From NCBI GenBank assembly GCA_964447495.1, contig CAYUTF010000021.1, positions 1 to 41,070 of the forward strand: a DNA stretch of 41,070 bases, given 5' to 3'. The DNA is from an uncultured archaeon (lineage in GTDB: Archaea; Asgardarchaeota; Lokiarchaeia; Sigyniarchaeales; SOKP01). The position numbers and the translations under genes were made by a program. Below are positions 9,808-19,597 of the stretch, piece after piece (the first letter of the stretch is position 1; every line of letters begins with the position of its first letter). Below the pieces are notes generated by a model. The model searched no databases and was not told the origin of the DNA. It worked only from the letters and a program-made list of their open reading frames with translations.

Positions 9808-10770
9808 TTATAAAAGACAAAGTACAAATTTTTGAGTGGCAGTTATTTCGGTTAAGGTCAAGTCAGCATCATCTTGAATAAATTGTAAAAGAGGAATCCC
9901 TTTTTCGAAAAGTTCATTGTATTTGTCATAAAAGATTTGAAAGATATTTTTATTTCGAGAAACGTAAGAACCAATTAATCGATTTGTTGGATCAAAGCTT
10001 GGTTGGATGAGTTCATTATCTGTAAGATTGAAATTACTAAAATCATCATAAGTCACATGAACAGTAACCAATTTAAATTCTAAATTGTATTGATTGATAT
10101 GGTCTGTTAAAATGGTAAATTCGGGACTCAATAATAATTCTTTTATGACTTCGGCATTGAAGATAACCTGCAAATTGAGATTCTTAAGATTTTCGGAGAT
10201 TTTTAACATACCATTTCTCATTGCCTCTTTAATCTCTTTAGGAGTATCTTTCGGACCATATTTTTTAATGGTTGCAATTAACTCGTTATCATATCTTATA
10301 CCTATAGCAATTTTACATATATCTTTACTTAAAAAAGAATGATATGTCTCATCTAGACTATTTAAACTATATTTAATAAATTCAACAAATTCTTGTGTAA
10401 CCGGTTCACCTAAATTATAGGTTTGTATCAGATCTGAAAGAGCTTCTTCTGCCTTATCTTTCTTCTCTTGAAATTGACGTGTTAACTCTTCGATGCGATT
10501 ATTTATAATTTTTTGCCACAATGGAATTACAGGAGTAGCTAAGTGAATCTTCATTGGTCTATCATAAATCTGTACCAATTCTAATTCGCTTAACACGGCA
10601 CATATTTTATAGCCTCGTTTTAGCGTTAAATCATAAAGAGAAGTAACATCATTAAGGTTTTCAATCCTTTTATTTTTAAGTAAATAGTGATAAACTTTTT
10701 CAATACCTTTCTCAATTACACCGATTGCATCAAACAGAGAACTAAGTGCTAAGAATTCGTTATTTTCCAT
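9808..10770 (-). CDS. TrmB-like transcriptional regulator (N-terminal winged HTH + sensing domain)
   Basis: G-x-EKVYHYLL...KRGYKICAVLSELELVQ...RPMK resembles the TrmB N-domain pattern; GGTGA RBS overlaps the upstream stop. Confidence 0.6.
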   Translation of the reverse strand: MENNEFLALSSLFDAIGVIEKGIEKVYHYLLKNKRIENLNDVTSLYDLTLKRGYKICAVLSELELVQIYDRPMKIHLATPVIPLWQKIINNRIEELTRQFQEKKDKAEEALSDLIQTYNLGEPVTQEFVEFIKYSLNSLDETYHSFLSKDICKIAIGIRYDNELIATIKKYGPKDTPKEIKEAMRNGMLKISENLKNLNLQVIFNAEVIKELLLSPEFTILTDHINQYNLEFKLVTVHVTYDDFSNFNLTDNELIQPSFDPTNRLIGSYVSRNKNIFQIFYDKYNELFEKGIPLLQFIQDDADLTLTEITATQKFVLCLL

Positions 10771-10778
10771 AGAATCAC

Positions 10779-11306
10779 CTACAATTCTGTTTTTTCTAAG
10801 GTTAATTCAGTTAGAACTTCAAACGTTTTAGTAACATTTTGCCCTGTTTTGCTTGAAATCTCTCCAAATGAAGCCATTTTATGCTTTTCAGCAATTTGAA
10901 TACCAAACTCCCTTGTAATTTTTCGTTGTTCTTCAGCCAGATCTATTTTTGAACCTACAAGCATTACTGGGATTTCACCTCCTTTTTGATGCACAATATT
11001 AGTCCATTCACTAATATTATCAAGTGTTTGGGGCCTCGTAATGTCATATAGTAAGAAAGCGGCATTAGCTCCTAGACAATAAGTTGGTAAAAGAAATCTA
11101 AAACGTTCTTCCCCTCCAACATCCCAAATCTGTAGCTTAATCCTTTTTCCATTTAATTCTATTAATTTTACATGAAAATCAACACCGATCGTAAGCCTCT
11201 CAGAGGGATTAAAAATATTATAGCAATATCTTTTAGTAAAAGACGTCTTCCCTACAGAAGCGTCACCAAGCAATAAAATTTTAAATGTATAATCATATGT
11301 CGAAAT
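10779..11306 (-). CDS. Rab-like small GTPase (Ras superfamily, eukaryotic signature protein)
   Basis: G1 GDASVGKT, RabF1 IGVDF, RabF2 KLQIW, G3 DVGGE, RabF5 LYDIT, G4 SKID, G5 SSK. The beta1 strand YDYTFKILLLG lies upstream of the track's start, so the start is placed at ATT 11306. Confidence 0.93.
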   Translation of the reverse strand: MSTYDYTFKILLLGDASVGKTSFTKRYCYNIFNPSERLTIGVDFHVKLIELNGKRIKLQIWDVGGEERFRFLLPTYCLGANAAFLLYDITRPQTLDNISEWTNIVHQKGGEIPVMLVGSKIDLAEEQRKITREFGIQIAEKHKMASFGEISSKTGQNVTKTFEVLTELTLEKTEL

Positions 11307-11371
11307 TCCTTAACACCCTTTTCAAGTTGGTTAAAACCTCAATTTAAAACTAACGCCTATTCTTGGCTAAA

Positions 11372-11404
11372 TACGTAATTACGTAATATAGTATCTTGTT
11401 ATAA
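11372..11404 (-). promoter_or_regulatory. Candidate promoter of the Rab-TrmB operon: TTATAA box (11399-11404) plus palindromic operator TACGTAATTACGTA (11372-11385)
   Basis: Perfect 14-bp inverted repeat positioned where the TSS is expected, about 25 nt downstream of the TATA-like box. Confidence 0.5.
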
Positions 11405-11571
11405 GCTAAAATCTAATGATATCTCATCATGAAAATAATATAATATTATAATCAAAAATGACGTTTTTAATTCTTTACATTTTTTGAAAGTTAGTGATCA
11501 TGCGAAAAGTAAATTATAAGGATAAACATGTGATGAAAAAATATAAAATCACTTTATAAAATATTGAAAAA

Positions 11572-12123
11572 TTAACGAGATTGAATTATTTGTTTTAGAT
11601 TATCATAGATTACGGGATTTAACTCCTTTTCGAGATGATCTTGAAGTTCAGAACGAATAATGGGATTATCTATTTGAGTTGCTAAGAATTTTATCACACT
11701 CCATCGCACTGAATCATCAGGGTCATCTAATAATGGCAATAGAAACTTAATATACTTTATATCATTATTTTCAGTTATTTTCATAACTGCCTTCGCACGA
11801 ATTATAAAATCAGGATTATATAACTGAGGTAATAAATGATATTCAATAAGGCCATCATCTGTAAAGTTCAATATGAATTGAAATAACTCCTTTTTAAATT
11901 CATGTACTTTATCAACTTCGTTAATAAATTTTTTAACGGTTAATTGAGGTATTTTATTCCCCAATTTAAGAAGACTTTCAAAGGAAATGAAAAAGTTTTG
12001 GGATATATCATATTTTAGGTAATTTAACAACTTTTTAATAATTTTGTCGTTTACCTTTGAAACTTCTATTATGTCCCAGTTATCATATTCCTTTAAATTT
12101 TTATTATCCCCCAAATAATTCAC
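11572..12123 (-). CDS. HEAT-repeat protein
   Basis: LYNPDFIIRAKAV and LLDDPDDSVRWSVIKFL HEAT/PBS-lyase-type repeats; GTG start. Confidence 0.75.
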   Translation of the reverse strand: MNYLGDNKNLKEYDNWDIIEVSKVNDKIIKKLLNYLKYDISQNFFISFESLLKLGNKIPQLTVKKFINEVDKVHEFKKELFQFILNFTDDGLIEYHLLPQLYNPDFIIRAKAVMKITENNDIKYIKFLLPLLDDPDDSVRWSVIKFLATQIDNPIIRSELQDHLEKELNPVIYDNLKQIIQSR

Positions 12124-12525
12124 GTTATGTTTGACTATAATTTAAATTTTTAAGATTATATAAAAATTGGTGACCACTTTTAATTAATTTATTATTAAAA
12201 TGGAAATATGTAAAGAAGATTAAATAGATCATTTTTGCTAGTAATTCCAAAATTAAGAGAAATTAGTTAATTAATAAAATATCGTCTTCGACAAAAATCT
12301 TCGATAATAACATTTTTCCAATGAAATAAGGACCTTTAGCCCTTTTGAAATCTTTGTTTAAGTTAAGATTTGTTCGATTTCAATAGGAAAACTGGATGCT
12401 ATAGGTGAATTAGAGTCGAATACTATTCAATTATAACTTAGTGTCCTAATATCTTAAAAGAATTTTTATTTACGCAACAATTATTCATTTTATATTTTAT
12501 TCCAATATTAAAAGGTTAGATTTAA

Positions 12526-13956
12526 TTGAATGATATATTTTCTGAAATTGATGACATTTTCCATTCGAAGTCCCTGGCAATCTATGGCGTAAGTAGAAAA
12601 GGTGGTTTGGGAAACATCTTACTACAAGGGTTTATTGATCAAGAATTTCCAAATATATTTATCATTAATCCACGAATAACTGAATCTAATGTTAGCATTA
12701 TGGGAATAAATGTTTTCTCAGATTTGAAATCCATTGGAGAGCCAGTAGATCTAGTAATATGTTCTACTCATCCTAAATATGTTAAAGATATCATTATTGA
12801 ATGTGGTGAAAACGGAGTAAAGGCAGTAATAATTTTTTCAGCTGGATTTGGCGAAAAAAGTAAAGAAGGTAAACAAGCTGAAAATGAATTATTAAAAATT
12901 GCTCGAAAATATCAAATGAGATTAATTGGACCGAATTGTATGGGATTTTATTGCCCAGAGACGAGATTATCATTCTTTCCAGCCCTACCAACAGAATCAG
13001 GTCCGTTAGGCTTCATTAGCCAAAGTGGTTCAATCGCTAATATAATGGCTTTTAATTCAATGTTGAAAGGAATTCATTTCTCAAAATCTATAAGTTATGG
13101 CAATGGCATTGATTTAGGTTTCAATGATTTTTTAGAATATTTAGGTAATGACCCTAATACTAATCTAATAGCGTGTTATATGGAAGGCATAGATGATGGA
13201 AGAAGATTTATTGAATTGGTAAAAAAAATAAAGAAACCTATAATCATTTGGAAGGTTGGAGACACGCCTGCGGGATCAAAAGCAGCTCATTCCCATACAG
13301 GATCTCTCTGTGGAAACAATATTTTATGGAATAATGTATTTAACCAATATGGAGTGATTAGAGTCCATAATTTGGAAGAAATGGTTAGTTTGATCCAAGC
13401 ATTCATCAATCCTATGCCCGTAAAAAATTGTCGAGTTGCTATAATTTCAGGACCTGGGGGACCTGCTGTATCATCAGCAGATGCTTGTGAGATGAATAAT
13501 TTAAAGTTGGCAGATTTAACCAAAGAATCAAAAATGAAACTCAAAGAATATATTCCTGAATTCGGCTCAAGTATATCAAACCCAATCGATATAAGCCTTC
13601 AAGCAACATTTGATCCAATATTGGAAAAAAAGACTTATGAAATCGTGGGAAAAGACCCTAATGTTGATATGATGTTTATTTATTTAACTATGTTAACTCC
13701 TAGATATGAGGATTTAATTAGTCTACAAGAAGAAATTTCCAAACCAATTGTTCTCGTATCAGCTATAGATGTAAATGTTTCAGCAGATTGCTTCAGTAAG
13801 AATATAAAAAGATCTTTCATCCATATAAGAGCAAAAAATGTTCCGAACATAGTGAATAAATTAAATCAAAAAGGGATTTCAATACATCCGAACGAACATC
13901 TAGCCGCTAAAGCATTGTATAATATTCACAAATTTTATAAAAAATCTAATAGCTAA
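12526..13956 (+). CDS. acdA: Acyl-CoA synthetase (ADP-forming) alpha subunit / CoA-binding protein
   Basis: SAGFGE, IGPNCMG, SQSGS, SYGN, SHTGSL phospho-His loop, NPID; no ATP-grasp domain; TTG start. Confidence 0.85.
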   Translation: MNDIFSEIDDIFHSKSLAIYGVSRKGGLGNILLQGFIDQEFPNIFIINPRITESNVSIMGINVFSDLKSIGEPVDLVICSTHPKYVKDIIIECGENGVKAVIIFSAGFGEKSKEGKQAENELLKIARKYQMRLIGPNCMGFYCPETRLSFFPALPTESGPLGFISQSGSIANIMAFNSMLKGIHFSKSISYGNGIDLGFNDFLEYLGNDPNTNLIACYMEGIDDGRRFIELVKKIKKPIIIWKVGDTPAGSKAAHSHTGSLCGNNILWNNVFNQYGVIRVHNLEEMVSLIQAFINPMPVKNCRVAIISGPGGPAVSSADACEMNNLKLADLTKESKMKLKEYIPEFGSSISNPIDISLQATFDPILEKKTYEIVGKDPNVDMMFIYLTMLTPRYEDLISLQEEISKPIVLVSAIDVNVSADCFSKNIKRSFIHIRAKNVPNIVNKLNQKGISIHPNEHLAAKALYNIHKFYKKSNS

Positions 13957-14110
13957 ATGCTTTAACACTTGAAATTTTGAATAGAAAGAACCATCGATCC
14001 ATCACTTAAGAGATATTAAATGTTAGTTGAGTAAGTATGAATATGAGTATCAAAAATGTTAAAATCTAAATTCTTCTTTATTTTACACTCATAAGAAGTT
14101 TTCATGTATA

Positions 14111-15271
14111 TTAATAATTTCGAAATTCATTAGCAGCATCAAACATAGCGACGATATTTTGTGGTGGTACTTCAGCGGTAATATTATGGACATTAGATGC
14201 GATATATCCCCCTCCTGGTTTAAAACATTTAAGATTTAACTTCACTTCTTCTCTTATTTGCTTAGGTGTGCCAAAAGGTAGAGTATGTTGTGTATTACAT
14301 AAACCTCCCCAAAATGTAATTTTTTTTCCAAAACGATCTTTTAGACTACATGGTTCCATATCATAAGCAGAGATTTGGACAGGATTAACAGCATCATATT
14401 TAATATCAATAAAATGAGGTATAAACATAGGAATTGATCCACAGCAATGATAATTTATCTTAATATCCATAAAATCATGAATTGCATCGGAGAGCTCCTT
14501 TTCAATTGGTTTTATTATACGTTCATATGTATCTAAATTCATTAAAGGACCTTGTTGTTCAGCTAAATCACCATTCACACAAATTACTTCTAGATAACTT
14601 CCAACTTCATTTAGAAATGTTAATGAATACTCAGTCCAATATTTTAGTAGTTTTTTCATTGTAGCAATAATTAATTCCGGTTTAGTTCTTAAGTATTTTA
14701 AGGCTTTAGTAAAGCCAAATAGAAACGTTGTATATTCAAACACACACCCTGAGGTGGGAGCAATCAATGCAAATTCTGTTCTATCATATAATTCTTTAAC
14801 TTTTTCCCTAAAACCTCTAAAGGGAGTTAAATCTGTACCATCAGGCCAATCATAATTTTCAATTTCTTTAACAGTTTTGAATTCGGCTAGTGGATGAATC
14901 ACCGGATCATAATATAAAATATCGTCAATCTTTTTTTGTGCATTATTACCCCAAAAAACTCCAAATTGATCAAATACTCCCACATACTTTCCACAATATT
15001 CCACATCCATATTCTCAACCTTTATTACTCCTCCATAGGGAGAAATGTATCGAGTATCTATTTTAAATCTTTTTAACAATTCTTCGCATGGAAAGACAAT
15101 CTGTTGAGCAAAATCAGAGAATCTAATATCCTTATCTTCAATTTCAAGATATTCCAGTAATTTTAAATATGCTTTAACATGTATCCCTGATTGATTTCCC
15201 CCAAAATCAAGGGGTACCTTGTCAGGTTCAATATGATTCAACGTTTGCCGTACGCGTTCTCGTGATGTCAT
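14111..15271 (-). CDS. Uroporphyrinogen decarboxylase / MtaA-CmuA superfamily protein
   Basis: MTSRERV...H.EPDKVP N-terminus, GDLAEQ, YHCCG, FWGG, PGGGYI...HNI. Confidence 0.85.
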   Translation of the reverse strand: MTSRERVRQTLNHIEPDKVPLDFGGNQSGIHVKAYLKLLEYLEIEDKDIRFSDFAQQIVFPCEELLKRFKIDTRYISPYGGVIKVENMDVEYCGKYVGVFDQFGVFWGNNAQKKIDDILYYDPVIHPLAEFKTVKEIENYDWPDGTDLTPFRGFREKVKELYDRTEFALIAPTSGCVFEYTTFLFGFTKALKYLRTKPELIIATMKKLLKYWTEYSLTFLNEVGSYLEVICVNGDLAEQQGPLMNLDTYERIIKPIEKELSDAIHDFMDIKINYHCCGSIPMFIPHFIDIKYDAVNPVQISAYDMEPCSLKDRFGKKITFWGGLCNTQHTLPFGTPKQIREEVKLNLKCFKPGGGYIASNVHNITAEVPPQNIVAMFDAANEFRNY

Positions 15272-15325
15272 AATAAATACTTTGATAAGGGGTAATAATA
15301 ATTTATCGCAAAGTAGTAATCACAA

Positions 15326-16369
15326 CTAAAAGTTCTCTCGTGGGATTCTCTCTTCTACAGATAATATGGGTTTGAGCTTTTTATGAGGTTCTACTTGGTA
15401 CCAGTAAGCTGTGGAAGAATAATCGTCAGATCTTTGATTTGCATGCCCATGTTCTATTTTTACTTTGATATTTTTATGAAAATAAATAGGATCTTCAATA
15501 TGAAATCGATAATATGAAATTTTACCGCTATGTTTTGGACCACCAGGTAAAGTAATCCCAAAGTAAGGTGAGCAATAGTATTGGGTAGGTGCCCATGCTG
15601 TGCAAAAATAGTCTTCCGTACCAGTACCATAAAGAATTATTTCCCCATCATCAATTTCGATATAATCATCTCCTTCACCAGGCCAATTGAAAGTGTCTCC
15701 TTGCCATAAATTATGAATATCTATATGACATCCTACATAATGACCCTCTCCTACCGCTTCTAAGATAACATAGTCGTTTTCATGGGTTAAATTTTTCTTA
15801 CGAGAAAGTTCAAGCATCTTCACTTTAGAATAATCATTCCCTTTGCATGGATTTTCACGCCACCATTGCACATGAAAACGTCCATATGAAGAATCTAAGG
15901 TGATGCATTCTTCATAATCAATATAGAAATAGCAAGTCATAGCTAAATTGCTTTCATTATCTAATTCTATACGAGCTCGCTCAGAGAAGGGCATAGGGAA
16001 GAAACAGTTAAAGCCTTTCCCATCCTGAGGGCTCATTGAAAGAGGAAGACTCCAAAAGTTAACAGAGACTCCATGGCCCACTCCAAAAAAGTCTCCAATC
16101 GGACATTCAACAGAGCAATGCTCCTCATTATCCCACCACATTCTAATAATAATTTTTCTTAGATGAAGGTGATCGTAGGAAGCAAATGTCATCCAAATAT
16201 GCTTTATTATGCCAGCTCTTGTAATGTTGCAAAGTTCTACTTTTGTATTTGGCTCAATGATAAAAAAATCGGCGTTTTTCCCTGTGCGATCATAACTGGA
16301 AATTCTTTTTCTCTTGACATTTTTTTTAATTTTAGCTATATTTGATAAAGCATTATTTCCTAATTCCAT
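15326..16369 (-). CDS. Glycoside hydrolase family 172 (DUF2961)
   Basis: SSYDRTGKNAD, IKHIWMT, PIGDFFG, FNCFFPMPF, GEGDD, GTGTEDYF, YRFHIEDPI, EHGHAN; AGGAG RBS. Confidence 0.9.
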   Translation of the reverse strand: MELGNNALSNIAKIKKNVKRKRISSYDRTGKNADFFIIEPNTKVELCNITRAGIIKHIWMTFASYDHLHLRKIIIRMWWDNEEHCSVECPIGDFFGVGHGVSVNFWSLPLSMSPQDGKGFNCFFPMPFSERARIELDNESNLAMTCYFYIDYEECITLDSSYGRFHVQWWRENPCKGNDYSKVKMLELSRKKNLTHENDYVILEAVGEGHYVGCHIDIHNLWQGDTFNWPGEGDDYIEIDDGEIILYGTGTEDYFCTAWAPTQYYCSPYFGITLPGGPKHSGKISYYRFHIEDPIYFHKNIKVKIEHGHANQRSDDYSSTAYWYQVEPHKKLKPILSVEERIPRENF

Positions 16370-16453
16370 TTTTTCTCCTTAAATGGTATGAATACTTAAC
16401 TATATGGAATAAGGTTTTAATGTATCTAAAAGATTATTATTTCTTGAAGAAAA

Positions 16454-18376
16454 ATGTTATTGAGTATAGAAAAAGATTGGTTCTTGGATGAGAAAGGAAG
16501 AAAAGTTCTTCTAAGAGGGGTGAATCTTGGGGGAAGCTCAAAAGTACCTCATACACCTAATGGAGCAACTCATATTAAGACAGATTTCGAAAATCATAAA
16601 GATATTTCTTTTGTGGGACGACCATTTCCTTTAAATGAGGCACATGAACACTTTAAAAGATTAAAACATTGGGGGTTTAATACATTCCGTTTATTAATAA
16701 CTTGGGAAGCCATTGAACATAAAGGACCCAACATATATGACAAGGAATATTTAGAGTATATTTCTGAACTATTGAAGATTGCAGAAGAATATAAGCTATA
16801 CTATTTCATTGATCCCCATCAAGATGTATGGAGTAGAATGACTGGAGGTGATGGAGCTCCAGGATGGACTTTCGAGAAGGTTGGGTTAGATATCAGAAAA
16901 TTTGATCATAGCGATGCTGCCTTTGTTATGCAACACCGATATAGTAATGATAATCTAAACTCATATCCCTTAATGCATTGGCAAGGAAATGCATATAGGT
17001 TTGCCAATGGGACTATGTGGACCTTATTTCTTGGAGGAAGCGATTTCGCACCAGCCTGTAAAATTGATGGAAAGAATTCTCAAGATTACTTACAAACTCA
17101 TTTTTTCGATGCATTTAAGCAAATCGCTAAATGTATAAAAAATAATCTATATGTTCTTGGCTTTAATACCTTGAATGAACCATTACAAGGGTGGATTGAA
17201 ATTAAGGTCGATGGAAGTAATATACCTAATTTTTCGGATATTTTGGGATATGCTTTTACTCCAATTGATGCTATGACAATAGGTTCGGGATATCCAAGGA
17301 TTATAGGCTATCGTGAAATAAAGCGTTTTGGAATTAGAGAAACGAAAAAAGAAGAACTAAACAAGGAGGGGATTTCGTGCTGGTTGGAAGGTTATGAAGA
17401 TATATGGAAGAAAAATGGAGTATGGGGATTAAATGAAAATGAAGAACCGATTATTCTTAATAATGATTATTTTTTGTATATAGATGATAACCAAGTAAAT
17501 TTTTATAAGGATTATTTATCTCCATTTATAAAGGGGTACTCTACTGCCATAAGGGAAATATTTCCCGATGCTATATTGTTTTTCGAAGGTTCTGCGGAGA
17601 AATTAATGAGAGGCGAGTCTTTTGAGTTGGATCTTCCCACAAATATCGTTCATGAGCCTCATTGGTATGATGTGGCGACATTAGGCACACAAAAACCTAT
17701 GCTTAAAGCTAACTTTGATATAGTGACAAATAAACCTGTAATAGGTAAATCAAATGTACAAAACTTATTTATTAGGCAATTGCACCTAATAAAAGAAAGC
17801 TCGAGCAAGATTCAAAGGGATATTCCAACGCTAATTGGTGAATTTGGACTGCCGTACAATCTAAACAATAAAGAAGCATATATAAAGTACAAGTCAGATC
17901 CACTCGATGCTTGGAAGATACACATTAAGGCATTAAATATGTATTACAACGCTTTAGATGCCAATTTACTGCATTCAACCCAATGGAATTACACCGCGGA
18001 TAATACAAATGAGTGGGGAGATCAATGGAATTTAGAGGACTTATCTATTTTTAGTAAAGATCAGCAACAAAATCCTAGAGATATTAATAGTGGAGGGAGA
18101 GCAATCGCAGGGTTTTGCAGACCACATTTCATTCGGTGCGCAGGAAAACCTCTAAAAATGGAATTTAATATGAAAGAGGGAACGTTCATATTTGAATTTG
18201 AAGCAGTATCGTCTATAAAAGCACCGTCAGTTGTATATATACCAAAAATTCACTATCCAAAGGGTTTTAAAATTGAGTTTTCACAAGGAAGCCTAATAAA
18301 AAGCGAAGACGAGCAGATAGTACTTATCGAAACTCATAATGAGGGTATTTGTTCCGTTACAATTTCAAAACCATAA
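16454..18376 (+). CDS. Glycoside hydrolase family 5, endoglycoceramidase / steryl-glucosidase-like, with C-terminal beta-sandwich
   Basis: LRGVNLGGSSKVP, TWEAIEH, IDPHQDVWSR..GGDGAPGW, NEP acid/base, HWYD, GEFG nucleophile, WNY, GDQWNLEDLSIFS; no signal peptide. Confidence 0.88.
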   Translation: MLLSIEKDWFLDEKGRKVLLRGVNLGGSSKVPHTPNGATHIKTDFENHKDISFVGRPFPLNEAHEHFKRLKHWGFNTFRLLITWEAIEHKGPNIYDKEYLEYISELLKIAEEYKLYYFIDPHQDVWSRMTGGDGAPGWTFEKVGLDIRKFDHSDAAFVMQHRYSNDNLNSYPLMHWQGNAYRFANGTMWTLFLGGSDFAPACKIDGKNSQDYLQTHFFDAFKQIAKCIKNNLYVLGFNTLNEPLQGWIEIKVDGSNIPNFSDILGYAFTPIDAMTIGSGYPRIIGYREIKRFGIRETKKEELNKEGISCWLEGYEDIWKKNGVWGLNENEEPIILNNDYFLYIDDNQVNFYKDYLSPFIKGYSTAIREIFPDAILFFEGSAEKLMRGESFELDLPTNIVHEPHWYDVATLGTQKPMLKANFDIVTNKPVIGKSNVQNLFIRQLHLIKESSSKIQRDIPTLIGEFGLPYNLNNKEAYIKYKSDPLDAWKIHIKALNMYYNALDANLLHSTQWNYTADNTNEWGDQWNLEDLSIFSKDQQQNPRDINSGGRAIAGFCRPHFIRCAGKPLKMEFNMKEGTFIFEFEAVSSIKAPSVVYIPKIHYPKGFKIEFSQGSLIKSEDEQIVLIETHNEGICSVTISKP

Positions 18377-18399
18377 GAAAAATACAAAATTGTATTATC

Positions 18400-19536
18400 T
18401 CATTCCCATCTTAGATTTTTATAATTTTTTTGAACAATATCATCTAATCCCTCTAAAATTGATCTTGTTCCTTCTTTTCTATAGATTTTATTCAGTTCAT
18501 CCATGGTAGTAATTGAATCTTTTTTAGCTGAAAGATAAGCGAGAAGTACTACGGCGACTCCTTGTCTTGCTTCATCTGGTGTAAATTCAGGCTGTTTATT
18601 TTCTAAAATACAATTAGTAAAATATTCATCTTCTTTCCCCATGGATATTTTATAATAATGAGGATAAGGTCCATGTTCTACTTGTGGACTGTAAAACTCT
18701 CCTTTCACTTCCGCTTCTGGATGAGAGGAAAAGACTCTAAGGGGTTCATTCCAAGAATGATCTTCTAAAATTGATCCTTTCGTTCCATGCAATTCAGTGC
18801 GATTAGTTAGTGGATGGATAACAGTTGAGGATATATCAACAGTAACCATTGCGCCACATTTATATCTGAGTAGAATTATAGCAGTATCTTCACCTTTATT
18901 AGGGGGGGAATTAACTGTTTTACTTAACCAACATTGAGCAGAATCGACTTCACCTAAAAACCAATTTAACATTGTAAATTTATGAACTCCTTGATCTGCA
19001 ACTACACCACCACCTCCTTTGTCATAACAAAAGTGCCAAGTATCAGAATCAAAAAATTGGTTTGGAGTACAATAAGCACCTTCATAAGTTCTTCCTAGGA
19101 AAACATCTCCAATAAAGTCTCTCGTTAGCATACTTTTAATTAATTGATGTACGGGAAGAAAACGGTGATTTTCGGCTATCATAAACTTGACTCCCGCTTT
19201 TTTAGTCACAGAGATCATCTCATCACAATCTTCAAGAGTGGGAGCCATTGGTTTTTCACAAAGGATATGCTTTCCCGCTTCTGCTGCTGCAATGACCATA
19301 TCTTTATGTAAATAATGTGGAACTAATACGAGTACAGCATCTATATCACTTTTAAAAAACTGGTCTAAATTTGTAAAAGTTTGTAATTTTGAAAATTTTT
19401 CAGCGCTTCTTAAGCTACTTTCATTAACATCATATGTAGATACAAATTTTATTTTTGGATTATTTTTACTGCCCATTTTATGATAGCGCCATACAGATCC
19501 TACTCCTATAATACCAAATTTAACTATATCGTTCAT
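18400..19536 (-). CDS. Gfo/Idh/MocA family NAD(P)-dependent oxidoreductase
   Basis: GIIGVG, P..LH, GKHILCEKP, GGG...DQGVH, HGTKG. Confidence 0.9.
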   Translation of the reverse strand: MNDIVKFGIIGVGSVWRYHKMGSKNNPKIKFVSTYDVNESSLRSAEKFSKLQTFTNLDQFFKSDIDAVLVLVPHYLHKDMVIAAAEAGKHILCEKPMAPTLEDCDEMISVTKKAGVKFMIAENHRFLPVHQLIKSMLTRDFIGDVFLGRTYEGAYCTPNQFFDSDTWHFCYDKGGGGVVADQGVHKFTMLNWFLGEVDSAQCWLSKTVNSPPNKGEDTAIILLRYKCGAMVTVDISSTVIHPLTNRTELHGTKGSILEDHSWNEPLRVFSSHPEAEVKGEFYSPQVEHGPYPHYYKISMGKEDEYFTNCILENKQPEFTPDEARQGVAVVLLAYLSAKKDSITTMDELNKIYRKEGTRSILEGLDDIVQKNYKNLRWE

Positions 19537-19597
19537 ATCTTATTCTCCTTGGTATAAAATCATATAAAAAAATACAAATTGAAAACACATCTTTTAT

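Noticed and set aside
12124-12525. 400-bp intergenic gap with short open stretches and a TCTTCGA direct repeat
   Set aside because: Frames are interrupted with no recognisable protein. It is consistent with a divergent promoter region, although a decayed gene cannot be excluded
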